The notes: generated by a model not told the origin, from the letters alone. Numbered from the stretch's first letter, positions 18,216-26,789 are shown. The stretch: 64,000 bases of DNA from Dehalococcoidia bacterium (GCA_965207225.1 CBDBLV010000002.1:236160-300159); one strand, 5' to 3'. Numbers and translations are program-made.

Positions 18216-18470
18216 ACGCCCCAGGCCGCCGACCTCACTCCTCGGCGACCATCACAATGCAGGATCAAAGGAGTCCCATGAGCCGCACCGGCCTACATAG
18301 GCCCCGTCTCAGCCGAGCAGCATCCCGCCGCCCGGCCCCCGGCACGCGCCTCCTCCCAGGCTCCTTTCTCTTTCCACACCCCGTCCTGCACCCCAACACT
18401 CACTACAAGCGCTGCCCAAAGGCCCAACGTCTCGGCCTTCGCAGCGATCAATCACCGCCCCGCCCCATGC

Positions 18471-18882
18471 AAGGAAGGTCCCCGGACAAATCACGGCACG
18501 TCCTATTCAAGGGCCGTTGCCAGGTGCGCGCCCCACTCATAGGGCGCAACGGTTTCGCCCCGTCAGGCGACGCTAAGGAGCACGGTGTAATGTTGCTCCA
18601 TCGGGCCATCGCGCCCTTCTTGGATTCCACCGTCGTCACCATCGGCAAGTTCCGGTCTACGAACGGCGGTCACGGGTCCATGCTCTCACCCCTTGGGGTG
18701 CTAGAGCGCTTCCGGTGGTCGAGGCTGCCCCAGAGCGAGAGTTTCTCGCGTCTCGTCCACATCCCCTCGGAAGTGTGGGGCTGTCGCAGGGTCGACGCTG
18801 GTGTGGACCGTCCCCAGGGGCAGACACCCCGCATCGGTACAGGCGTCGCCGACATCCTGCGCAAACCGTCCGGGACCTTCCT
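18471..18882 (+). ncRNA. candidate structured RNA X (unknown class), closed by a 15-bp long-range helix
   Basis: AAGGAAGGTCCCCGGAC (18471-18487) pairs with GTCCGGGACCTTCCT (18868-18882), with one bulged C. No credible ORF. A promoter lies upstream and a terminator-like hairpin downstream. Paralogous architecture at 39516-39900 on the minus strand. Confidence 0.3.
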
Positions 18883-18898
18883 CCCCCTCCCCCGACTT

Positions 18899-19258
18899 GC
18901 CATGTCATCCCGAGGCCCCGCGAGGGATCTCAAGGGCCCGTCTCAAGACGTGGCATTCACCACCGTTCACCCCCATCCAACTTCAGGGAGTGTAAGGGGT
19001 GCAGCTTCCCGTACCCTGGAGGAATGGGCTGGCATGAGGCTGATGCCCTCCCCTCCCACCAGTACCAACCCCCGATTTGCTATGTCATCCCGAGGCCCCG
19101 CGAGGGATCTCAAGCGCCCGCCTCAAGACATGGCATTCACCGCCGTTCACCCCCATCCAACTTCAGGGAATGTAAGGGGTACAGCCTCCCGTACCCTGAA
19201 GGAATGGGCTGGGATGAGGCTGATGTCCTCACCTCCTACCAGAACCAAACTAGGGGCA
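18899..19258 (+). repeat. tandem direct duplication, two units of about 180 bp
   Basis: Units 18899-19078 and 19079-19258 are roughly 90% identical by eye, with scattered transition differences. Each starts with an F1-type hairpin ATCCCGAGGCCCCGCGAGGGAT. Confidence 0.9.
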
Positions 19259-19382
19259 AGCGCCTGTGCCAGGGCACAGGCGCTTGCCCCTGTTTTTCCT
19301 TCCCTCTCTCCCTTAAAGGCCCTGAGAGCCTGCCCCGAGTCCCTCGAGGGGGAGAGCAGGATAAAGAGGGTTAGGGTTCCCC
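19239..19382 (+). repeat. composite repeat F3, copy A2
   Basis: Same flanks as A1, but the hairpin has a different sequence: AGGGGCAAGCGCCTGTGCC / GGCACAGGCGCTTGCCCCT (19252-19291), followed by GTTTTTCC. Confidence 0.85.
19252..19299 (+). terminator. terminator-like hairpin inside F3 copy A2 (probable end of the P1 transcript)
   Basis: Perfect 19-bp GC-rich stem followed by TGTTTTTCC. Confidence 0.45.
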
Positions 19383-19449
19383 TCTCGTTCCTTAAACAAT
19401 CAAAGGCGTGCCTGAAACCGGAAAACAATCAAAAGCCCGCCCCCTCCCC

Positions 19450-19545
19450 TTCGTCATTCCCGACCCCGATCGGGAACCCACCCCCGGGGGCTGGGCCGCT
19501 CGTGCTGAGGCTCTCGAAGTACGAGCGGAGGGGTGGCCCACACCC
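19450..19545 (+). repeat. F1 plus F2 hairpin pair
   Basis: GTCATTCCCGACCCCGATCGGGAACCC, then GGGCCGCTCGTGCTGAGGCTCTCGAAGTACGAGCGGAGGGGTGGCCC. Close copy of 17520-17712. Confidence 0.8.
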
Positions 19546-19624
19546 GACCGTCACGTCTCGCTGGTCATCCTCGCCCACCCCATGCCGTCGTCTCCCCCAC
19601 AGCGCCACGCGAAATCCCCCAAAA

Positions 19625-19682
19625 CCCCTTTAGGCGTCGTTCAATCAAACCAGCCACGAATTCAATCAACGTTCAATCAAAA
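19625..19682 (+). repeat. F4 module: CCCCTTTAGGCGTC plus phased TTCAATCAA repeats
   Basis: TTCAATCAA at 19640, 19661 and 19672 (spacings of 21 and 11 bp). An inverted copy lies at 39085-39168. Confidence 0.8.
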
Positions 19683-19759
19683 CCCCACCCCCCGTCGAGG
19701 GAGAGGGTCGGAGCATCCCCCCAAGAAGCCGCCGGGTGAAGGTTCCCATTTGACCCCGT

Positions 19760-19788
19760 TTGACATCCTCACCAAACACGGCTAAGAT
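19760..19788 (+). promoter_or_regulatory. sigma70-like promoter upstream of the Cys-rich leader and sulfite reductase gene
   Basis: TTGACA, 17-nt spacer, TAAGAT. The predicted transcription start is only about 3 nt before the ATG at 19798. Confidence 0.55.
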
Positions 19789-19797
19789 TTTGCACCG

Positions 19798-19848
19798 ATG
19801 ATTATAAAAATCCATCTCGACCACTGCTCCTGTACCTGTCGGCTATAG
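19798..19848 (+). CDS. candidate leader peptide MIIKIHLDHCSCTCRL (3 Cys in 5 codons)
   Basis: 16 codons plus stop, found by hand. Effectively leaderless. Followed 32 nt later by a strong intrinsic terminator and then the sulfite reductase gene. Confidence 0.4.
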   Translation: MIIKIHLDHCSCTCRL

Positions 19849-19879
19849 GGCCGACGTAAAACCGCATAGGCATAACGTT

Positions 19880-19920
19880 GCGCCCCGACGATGATTCCCA
19901 TCGACGGGGCGCCTTTTATT
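19880..19920 (+). terminator. intrinsic terminator / attenuator in the sulfite reductase leader
   Basis: GCGCCCCGACGATG (19880-19893) pairs with CATCGACGGGGCGC (19899-19912) with one A/A mismatch, followed by CTTTTATT. Confidence 0.7.
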
Positions 19921-19951
19921 GCACCTAAGCACCAATGGAGACCAACCCGAA

Positions 19952-21766
19952 ATGACCACCGTCGAAAGAGAACCCAAGATCCAGGATAAGGCGGACCTTG
20001 ACTACTCCAGGGGCATAATCCCCTACCTGCCCCAGGAAGTCTCCGACTTCGAGACCGAGGTCACCCGCTTCCAGAAGGGCGGCTGGGACGACCCCCTGAA
20101 GTTCACCGCCTACCGGCTCGTCCGCGGCATCTACGGCCAGCGCCAGCCCGACGTTCACATGGTCCGCATCAAGATGCCCTCCGGCTCCCTCACCGCAGAC
20201 CAGCTCGAAGCCGTAGGTGAAATCGTCGACAAGTACGTGCCCCTCAATAAGGGGCACGTCACCACCAGGGAGAACATCCAGCTGCACTTCGTAAAGCTGG
20301 AGGACACCCCGGAGGTGATGCGCATGCTCGGTGAAGTCGGCCTTTCCACCCGAGAGGCCTGCGGCAATACAGTCCGCAACGTCATCGGCTGCCCCCTCTC
20401 CGGCGTCACCCCTGACGAGCCCTTCTACGTCGGCCCGTACCTCGCAGCCTTCGCTCGCTGGTTCGTGCGGCATCCCCAGGCCCAGGCCCTCCCCCGGAAA
20501 ATGAAGTGCGCCTTCGCTAGCTGCAACAACGACTGCGTGGTCACCGCCATCCACGACCTCGCCTTCAAGCCCAAGCTCAGGGTTGACGAAAACGGCGTAG
20601 AGCGCCGCGGCTTCGAGATCATCACCGGCGGCGGCACCTCCATCATGCCCCGGCTCGCCTACACCCTATACGACTTCGTCCCCGTCGAAGATTACCTTCG
20701 CATCAGCGAGGCTATAATCCGTATCTTCAACCGCACCGACGAACTTCGGCGTAACCGCATGAAGGCGCGCATCAAGTTCTACATCGACCGCGTGGGCATC
20801 GACGCCTTTCGCGAAGAGGTGGAGGAGGAGCTAAAGCAGCCCTGGGCCCAGGAGTCCTACGACCCCACCCCCCTCATGGAACTCCCACCCGAGCTCATCG
20901 ACAATCCCCCCGCCCCCGTCCCCGCCGAGACCAACGGCCACCACGACCCCGCCTACGAACGATGGCTGTCAACCAACGTCCGGGCCCAGAAGCAGGACGG
21001 TTACAACGTGGTCACCGTCAAACTCCCCCTGGGTGACATCTCCACAGAGCAGTTTCCTATCCTCGGACGTATCGCCCGCGAATTCGCCGGGGGCCGAGTC
21101 CGCACCACCGTCGAGCAGAACCTCGTCTACCGCTGGGTGCCGACAGGCGTACTCAAGGAAGTCTGGCGACAGCTCAAGGACGCGGGTCTCGGGGAGGCGG
21201 GCGCCGGAGAGATCAGCGACGTCGTGTCCTGCCCCGGTACCGATAGCTGCAAGCTGGGCATTACCTCTTCCATGGGGCTCGGGCAGGCCGTAGGCCAGGC
21301 CCTCAAGGAGGCGGCCTATGATGACCCCCTGGTCAGGTCCCTCCACGTCAAGATAAGCGGCTGCCCCAACGGCTGCGCCCGACACCACATCGCCAACATC
21401 GGTTTCCACGGCGCCGCCACCCGGGGCGCCAATAAGAGCCAGATCCCTTCCTATGAGCTCTTCATCGGCGGCAGCTTCGGCAGCGATGAGGCCGCCCGGT
21501 TTGGCAAGCGCGTAAAGACCAAGGTCCCGGCAAAGAAGGTCCCGAGCCTCGTTCAGGACATCGTACGCTACTACCAGGCCGAGCGAGAACCCCGGGAGGT
21601 CTTCAACCGCTTCGTGGACCGCGTAGGCACCGAACCCTTCGAGACCCTCGCTGGCGCTTACAAGGAGACCGGCCCCCTCAACCGGGACACCATAGGCACC
21701 TACATGGACTGGGGCAAGACCCGCATGTTCAAGGTCGAACGCGGCGAAGGAGAGTGTGCCGTATAG
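19952..21766 (+). CDS. ferredoxin-type sulfite/nitrite reductase (siroheme, 4Fe-4S)
   Basis: Cys clusters SCPGTDSCK and GCPNGCARHH. The duplicated NIR_SIR layout is inferred from the protein length, not checked. ATG 19952 is preferred because the TTG at 19919 lies inside the terminator. GGAG sits 11 nt upstream. Confidence 0.88.
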   Translation: MTTVEREPKIQDKADLDYSRGIIPYLPQEVSDFETEVTRFQKGGWDDPLKFTAYRLVRGIYGQRQPDVHMVRIKMPSGSLTADQLEAVGEIVDKYVPLNKGHVTTRENIQLHFVKLEDTPEVMRMLGEVGLSTREACGNTVRNVIGCPLSGVTPDEPFYVGPYLAAFARWFVRHPQAQALPRKMKCAFASCNNDCVVTAIHDLAFKPKLRVDENGVERRGFEIITGGGTSIMPRLAYTLYDFVPVEDYLRISEAIIRIFNRTDELRRNRMKARIKFYIDRVGIDAFREEVEEELKQPWAQESYDPTPLMELPPELIDNPPAPVPAETNGHHDPAYERWLSTNVRAQKQDGYNVVTVKLPLGDISTEQFPILGRIAREFAGGRVRTTVEQNLVYRWVPTGVLKEVWRQLKDAGLGEAGAGEISDVVSCPGTDSCKLGITSSMGLGQAVGQALKEAAYDDPLVRSLHVKISGCPNGCARHHIANIGFHGAATRGANKSQIPSYELFIGGSFGSDEAARFGKRVKTKVPAKKVPSLVQDIVRYYQAEREPREVFNRFVDRVGTEPFETLAGAYKETGPLNRDTIGTYMDWGKTRMFKVERGEGECAV

Positions 21767-21773
21767 AGGTCGC

Positions 21774-22142
21774 ATGGGCATAAGCCGCTCCCGCGCCCAG
21801 GACTACGCCGAGCAGATCCTCGAAAGGCCCCGCGCCGCCATCGACTTGATCATCAGGCGCTCTAAGTCAGGTGTGACTTTGCTGCACAGGGGAAGAGCCG
21901 TTACCAAGTGCCACGCAACTGGCGTCGGCGAAATGCAGGCCGAGTTCATGGCCATCGCCCTCGGCACTGAGCTCCCAGCACTGGGGGATGCGGTTTCCGT
22001 CCAGGTTCCCGCCGGCGCTTTCTACCGCGCCATTGCCATCTCTTCCCTTGACCTCCGCAGACCCGAGGCCCGCCTCCTCCTCAAACAGCACCTCGCCACC
22101 GCCCAGATGCAGCGCACCAGCATGCGCAGCATAGAGGCCTGA
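21774..22142 (+). CDS. hypothetical protein
   Basis: 122 aa from ATG 21774 (AGAGG 4 nt upstream). No family recognised. Confidence 0.4.
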   Translation: MGISRSRAQDYAEQILERPRAAIDLIIRRSKSGVTLLHRGRAVTKCHATGVGEMQAEFMAIALGTELPALGDAVSVQVPAGAFYRAIAISSLDLRRPEARLLLKQHLATAQMQRTSMRSIEA

Positions 22143-22155
22143 TCGGTACACGAGC

Positions 22156-22500
22156 ATGTTACTCGTAATCGAAATCGAAGAGTCCGAGAACAGCCTCTTC
22201 GCCGTCACCCGCAGCTTTCAAACCATGGAAGACCCGAGGCCCGTCTCCCGGGTGCAGACCTACGGCCCTGACGGATCAGAAGACATGTTTGAAGTGGTAG
22301 GCTGGTCCGAAGAAGGGCCCGGTACGGCCTTCGTAGCCCTCGTAGATGACTCTGGAGAGGGGTCTGCTCTCCTCGTCTACGGTCGCGAAGAAGGCATCCG
22401 CCTGCGCCCCGAGAACTCAATCCTCGACTGGTCTCTCGAAGAACCCTCCCAATGGGGCGAACCCTTCCTCCTCCTCTCTCGCGACACCCTAGCCGACTAA
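22156..22500 (+). CDS. hypothetical acidic protein
   Basis: 114-aa ORF. No motif recognised. Confidence 0.4.
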   Translation: MLLVIEIEESENSLFAVTRSFQTMEDPRPVSRVQTYGPDGSEDMFEVVGWSEEGPGTAFVALVDDSGEGSALLVYGREEGIRLRPENSILDWSLEEPSQWGEPFLLLSRDTLAD

Positions 22501-22525
22501 GGCCTTTGCCCATCCACGGTCCTGC

Positions 22526-23578
22526 TCACAGTAGCAGGATTATCGTGATCCCGCTGAACATCGCCGTTATCCCCACTATCCCTGCCAGGTTCATCCGTTC
22601 CCTCAGTACCACCACCGAGAGCATCGTAGTCCAGAATATCTGCGTCGATCCCAGCACGGCGGAAATTGAGAGGCCAGCTCGCTCTATGCCTATAAGGAAC
22701 AGCATGCTCGCTACCCCCAACAGCCCTGCCCCATTGGCAATGGCCACCCCCGCCAGCCGGAACGACCAACCCGAATGGTATACCCTCCTCCTACGCACCG
22801 AATCCCGATGGGCCGCGCCCCCTGGTCCTCTCCCCCCAATCCTCAACGACCTGGCAGCCGTCCTCGCAACAAGGCTCTGCGACACCGCCATCTTGACCCT
22901 GTCCCCAAAGCGTAGCTTTGCTCCTTCCTCACTCGGGATGAGTATCTCGCTCACCCCCAGCCACGACATAATGGTCAGGAAGATGCACACCGCAGATAGC
23001 CGGAGCACGTTCAACGTCGGTGGGTCCATCTCCCGCAACGCGTAGCCCTGCACCGTAAGCCCCGACACCCAGAACGCGGACACTATCGATAGCAGGAATA
23101 CGCCCTTGAATCCTAGCCACGACGCCTGGTTCTCATCCGTATGCTTGCGCTGCCCAAAGCTCAGCAGGTACACCCCCGTGACTACTACTATCACGCCCCC
23201 AATATCGAACGCGCTGGGGGTCTCTCGTAGTATCAGGATCCCGGAGAGCAGCGAGAAGATCGACAGCAACCCAGCCATGATCGGCCAAGCCTTGCTGATG
23301 TCCACGTTCCGCAGGAAGAGCAGGTAAAGCGGCTCCCCCAGTCCGATGTTGATGAGCCCGCCGAGAATGCCCAGCACAACGTGCGTAGTAGGGATGTGTG
23401 GAATCGCAGCAATGTCCGAGGTCGTCAGCACGAACACTAGCGCTGCCAGCGCCCCTCCCCCCGCTCCCAGGGCCCCCAGTGTAAGGGGCCTGAATCTCGT
23501 CACCAGCCTCTTCTGCACAATGCCCGTAATGGAAAAGACCAGCGTGGACGCCAGTACTGCCAGTTCGCCTATTGGCAT
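22526..23578 (-). CDS. EamA/DMT-family transporter
   Basis: 350 aa. About 10 hydrophobic segments in two EamA-like halves. Confidence 0.75.
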   Translation of the reverse strand: MPIGELAVLASTLVFSITGIVQKRLVTRFRPLTLGALGAGGGALAALVFVLTTSDIAAIPHIPTTHVVLGILGGLINIGLGEPLYLLFLRNVDISKAWPIMAGLLSIFSLLSGILILRETPSAFDIGGVIVVVTGVYLLSFGQRKHTDENQASWLGFKGVFLLSIVSAFWVSGLTVQGYALREMDPPTLNVLRLSAVCIFLTIMSWLGVSEILIPSEEGAKLRFGDRVKMAVSQSLVARTAARSLRIGGRGPGGAAHRDSVRRRRVYHSGWSFRLAGVAIANGAGLLGVASMLFLIGIERAGLSISAVLGSTQIFWTTMLSVVVLRERMNLAGIVGITAMFSGITIILLL

Positions 23579-23668
23579 GTCAGCTTCTTTTCATTGCAAG
23601 CGTTCATCCGTCAGGCGCAATATAATACTCTGCATACCACGGCTTAACACTCCAAAGGGGAGCAATAT

Positions 23669-25000
23669 ATGGTGGAAAGCATGACCGGCCTCTCCCTTAC
23701 GACTAATGAAGAATGGATCGAGGCTGGGGAGCAGTGGGCCCTAAACACCTGGCACAAGTTTCCCATCGTCCCCGCCCGAGGCCTCGGCTGCTCCCTGTGG
23801 GACGTTGAAGGCAACGAGTTTCTCGACATGATGTCCGGCCAGCTGTGCGTATCCGTCGGGCATTCCCACCCCCGACTCCTTGACGCCGTCGCACGGCAGT
23901 CGGCCCTCCTAATGCAGACCGGATCGTCCTTCACGACTCCCCAGGAGGTTGAACTTTCCAGGCGCCTGACCGAGCTCACCCCCGGAGATCTGCAGAAGCC
24001 CTTCTATGGATGTACGGGCTCAGACTCTGTAGAAACCGCTATCCGTATCGCCCGCTTCGCCACCGGCCGCCACGAGATGGTCGCCCTATCCGAAAGCTAT
24101 CACGGCCTCTCCCTCGGGTCCTGGAGCGTGACCGGACGCGGCTACCGTCGAGGACATCCGGAGTACGGTCCCGCTATGCCGGGCGTCACCTTCATCCCCA
24201 CCCCCAACTCCTACCGTTGCCGCATCTGCTCCAATGGGGGATGCTCCTCTCTCGCCTGCTTCGACTATTCCGTGGAAATGATCGACCTCAATACCACAGG
24301 AGAACCCGCTGCGGTCATCATCGAGCCGGTGCTCGGCGGACCCATCGTCGTCCCTCCCCCCGAGTACGTGCAGGCCCTCCGACGCTTCTGCACCGAGAGG
24401 GGCGCCCTCCTCATTATGGACGAGGCCCTAACTGGCCTCGGGCGTACCGGCAAATGGTTCGCCGCCGAGCACCACAATGTTATCCCCGACATTATGACCC
24501 TATCCAAGAGCCTGGGTGGAGCCGTGCCCCTCAGCGCAACCCTGGTATCGGAGTCCGCAGCCCGAAAACTCGAAGACGGCGGATATTATCAGAGCACCTC
24601 CCACAGTGGTGACCCATTCCTTTGCGGAGTCGGCCTCGCCAATCTGGACATCATCGAGGACGAAGGGCTGGTAGAGAGGGCGGAAGTGATGGGAGGATAT
24701 TTCCGTTCCGGCCTTGAGAGCCTGAAGGACCAGTACGAGATAGTCGGGGACGTGAGGGGCGTGGGGCTGCTGCTGGGAATGGAGATCGTCACCGACAAGG
24801 CCTCCGCCACCCCCGCCCCCGACCTTATGACCCATATCACCGACTACTGCCTGGACAAGGGCCTCATACTCTTCACCACGCCCGGCACACCCATAATCCG
24901 CATTGCGCCGCCCCTGGTCATCGGAAAACCGGAAATAGACCGAGCCCTCACCGTGATAGAAGAGGTCATACGAGCCGTTTCCGAAGGTGCTGGACGCTAG
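23669..25000 (+). CDS. class III (omega) aminotransferase, PLP-dependent
   Basis: 443 aa. Motifs SGQLCVSVGHSHPRLLDAV, DEALTGLGRTGKWF and LSKSLGG (PLP lysine). Confidence 0.9.
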   Translation: MVESMTGLSLTTNEEWIEAGEQWALNTWHKFPIVPARGLGCSLWDVEGNEFLDMMSGQLCVSVGHSHPRLLDAVARQSALLMQTGSSFTTPQEVELSRRLTELTPGDLQKPFYGCTGSDSVETAIRIARFATGRHEMVALSESYHGLSLGSWSVTGRGYRRGHPEYGPAMPGVTFIPTPNSYRCRICSNGGCSSLACFDYSVEMIDLNTTGEPAAVIIEPVLGGPIVVPPPEYVQALRRFCTERGALLIMDEALTGLGRTGKWFAAEHHNVIPDIMTLSKSLGGAVPLSATLVSESAARKLEDGGYYQSTSHSGDPFLCGVGLANLDIIEDEGLVERAEVMGGYFRSGLESLKDQYEIVGDVRGVGLLLGMEIVTDKASATPAPDLMTHITDYCLDKGLILFTTPGTPIIRIAPPLVIGKPEIDRALTVIEEVIRAVSEGAGR

Positions 25001-25019
25001 ACGAAAGAGGAGAACAGCA

Positions 25020-26789
25020 ATGTCATACCCCGGAATCGAAAGCATGCGCCCGACCTACATGGGCACAACCCACATGGTCGCCGCCGGACACTACCTCGCC
25101 GCCGAGGCCGGTTATCGCATCCTGGAACAGGGCGGCAACGCCATAGACGCGGGGGTGGCCGCCGGAATCGCCATCAACGTCCTGCTGCCGGAGAGCACCA
25201 ACTTCGGTGGTGTAGCGCCCATCATCATCTACCTCGCCGAATCCGACTCAGTGGTCACCATAAGCGGCCTGGGGCGCTGGCCCCGCGCCGCCAACATTGA
25301 TTACTACATGGAACACGCCGGAGGCGAGATTCCAAAGGGCATTCTCCAGAGCGTCCTTCCCGCCGCCCCCGACGCCTGGCTCACCGCTCTGGAGCGCTAC
25401 GGCACCAAGACCTTCGCCGAAGTCGTGACCCCGGCCCTGCAGTTGGCCAGGGACGGCTTCCCCATGAACCCGGTCACTTACGAAGGCCTCCTGGATGACG
25501 CCGACCCTGTCACCGGCGCCCTCGGACGCTGGCCCACCACCCGAGAGATATTTATGCCCGACGGCCGCGTGCCCCCAGTCGGCAGCCTGTTTGTGCAGTC
25601 CGACCTCGGCCGCACCTTCCGGCGCCTCGCCGATGTGGAAGCCGCCAACGCTCGCCTGGGCAGGGCCGGGGCTCTGCGCGCCGCCCGCGATTACTTCTAC
25701 AAGGGCGACATTGCCCGCGAAATGGCCCGCTTCAGCGAGGAGCAAGGCGGCCTCATAAGCTATCAGGACCTCCACGACTTCACCGTCAGAATCGAGGCCC
25801 CCGTAAAGGCCCGTTTCCGTGACTACGAGATCTACACCTGCGGCCCCTGGTGCCAGGGCCCGGTGGTCGGACAGGTGCTCCAGATGCTGGAAGACGACGA
25901 CCTGGAAGGCATGGGCCACAACTCGCCCGACTACCTCCACCTCTACGCCGAGGCCATGAACATGGCCTTTTCCGACCGGCACCAATACTACGGAGACCCA
26001 GACTTTATAGACGTCCCAATAGAAGGCATCCTGTCCAAAGGGTACACAAAGACCCGCCGCTCTGACGTAAACATGGCCCAGGCAGTGGGCCAAATGCCCG
26101 CACCCGGCAACCCCTGGGCCTACCAGCGACCTCCCAGAGGCGATAAGCGCGCATTCAGTCCGAGCAATGCAAAGCCCTCGTCCCTCGCCGGAGTCTCCGC
26201 AGCCGATACCAGCTACACCTGTGTGGTGGACAAGTGGGGCAACGCCTTCTCTGCCACGCCCTCTGATCCAGTTTCGGAAACGCCGATAGTCGAGGATCTC
26301 GGCTTTGTGATGTCTGGCAGGGGTTACCAGGGGTGGCTAGACCCTGACATGCCGTCTAGCCTCGGCCCTTGGAAGCGGCCCCGCCTGACCCCCAACCCTG
26401 CTATCGCATTTAAGAACGGCAAGCTGTTCATGCCCTTTGGCTGCCCCGGCGGCGACGCCCAGCCCCAGGGCATGATCCAGACCTTCCTGAACATCGCCAT
26501 ATTCGGCATGAGGCCCCAGCAAGCCATTGAGGCCCCCCGGGTAACGACCTGGAACTTCCCCAACTCCTTCTGGCCTCACACCTACCTCCCGGGACGCCTG
26601 CGCGTAGAAGGCAGAATCTCTCCCGAGACATGCGTCGACCTTCAAAGTAGGGGTCATGACGTGGAGGTCATCCCCGAACTCTCCCAGGCCTATTCGTCTT
26701 CAGTCTCGGCCATAACGGTTGACCACGAAAATGGTGTGCTGATGGGCGGCGCCGACCCCCGCAGGGAGACCTACGTCATGGGGCGCTAG
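25020..26789 (+). CDS. gamma-glutamyltransferase family protein
   Basis: Start at ATG 25020 after AAAGAGGAG. Autoprocessing and nucleophile region DTSYTCVVDKWGNAFSATPS. Confidence 0.88.
   Translation: MSYPGIESMRPTYMGTTHMVAAGHYLAAEAGYRILEQGGNAIDAGVAAGIAINVLLPESTNFGGVAPIIIYLAESDSVVTISGLGRWPRAANIDYYMEHAGGEIPKGILQSVLPAAPDAWLTALERYGTKTFAEVVTPALQLARDGFPMNPVTYEGLLDDADPVTGALGRWPTTREIFMPDGRVPPVGSLFVQSDLGRTFRRLADVEAANARLGRAGALRAARDYFYKGDIAREMARFSEEQGGLISYQDLHDFTVRIEAPVKARFRDYEIYTCGPWCQGPVVGQVLQMLEDDDLEGMGHNSPDYLHLYAEAMNMAFSDRHQYYGDPDFIDVPIEGILSKGYTKTRRSDVNMAQAVGQMPAPGNPWAYQRPPRGDKRAFSPSNAKPSSLAGVSAADTSYTCVVDKWGNAFSATPSDPVSETPIVEDLGFVMSGRGYQGWLDPDMPSSLGPWKRPRLTPNPAIAFKNGKLFMPFGCPGGDAQPQGMIQTFLNIAIFGMRPQQAIEAPRVTTWNFPNSFWPHTYLPGRLRVEGRISPETCVDLQSRGHDVEVIPELSQAYSSSVSAITVDHENGVLMGGADPRRETYVMGR

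Noticed and set aside
18471-18882. RNase P RNA (also considered for 39516-39900), because of GGAAGGUCC(C/G)GGAC resembling GAGGAAAGUCCGGGC, and UGCCAGGU
   Set aside because: The other universally conserved blocks are absent (GGUAAGGGUGAAA, GGUAAGAGCGCACC-like, ACAGAA..GGCUUA). There are no P1-P3 pairings outside the helix. Two divergent copies would be unexpected. tmRNA was rejected as well, because there is no tRNA-like 3' end.
18899-19258. Diversity-generating retroelement template/variable repeat pair
   Set aside because: There is no reverse transcriptase nearby. The differences between the units are transitions of all kinds, not adenine-specific. The repeats lie in non-coding sequence.
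18206-19633. 475-aa ORF (same frame also open 17690-18199), with an AAGGAG-ATG at 18270-18280
   Set aside because: It runs straight through the tandem repeats, the F1/F2/F3 modules and a terminator-like hairpin. The product is Pro/Arg/Ser-rich low complexity with no recognisable domain. The paralogous island B has no equivalent ORF. The long open frame is explained by GC-rich, stop-poor repeat sequence.
17470-19750. CRISPR array
   Set aside because: The repeats are heterogeneous modules of different lengths rather than one constant repeat with unique spacers of regular size. There are no cas genes in the window.
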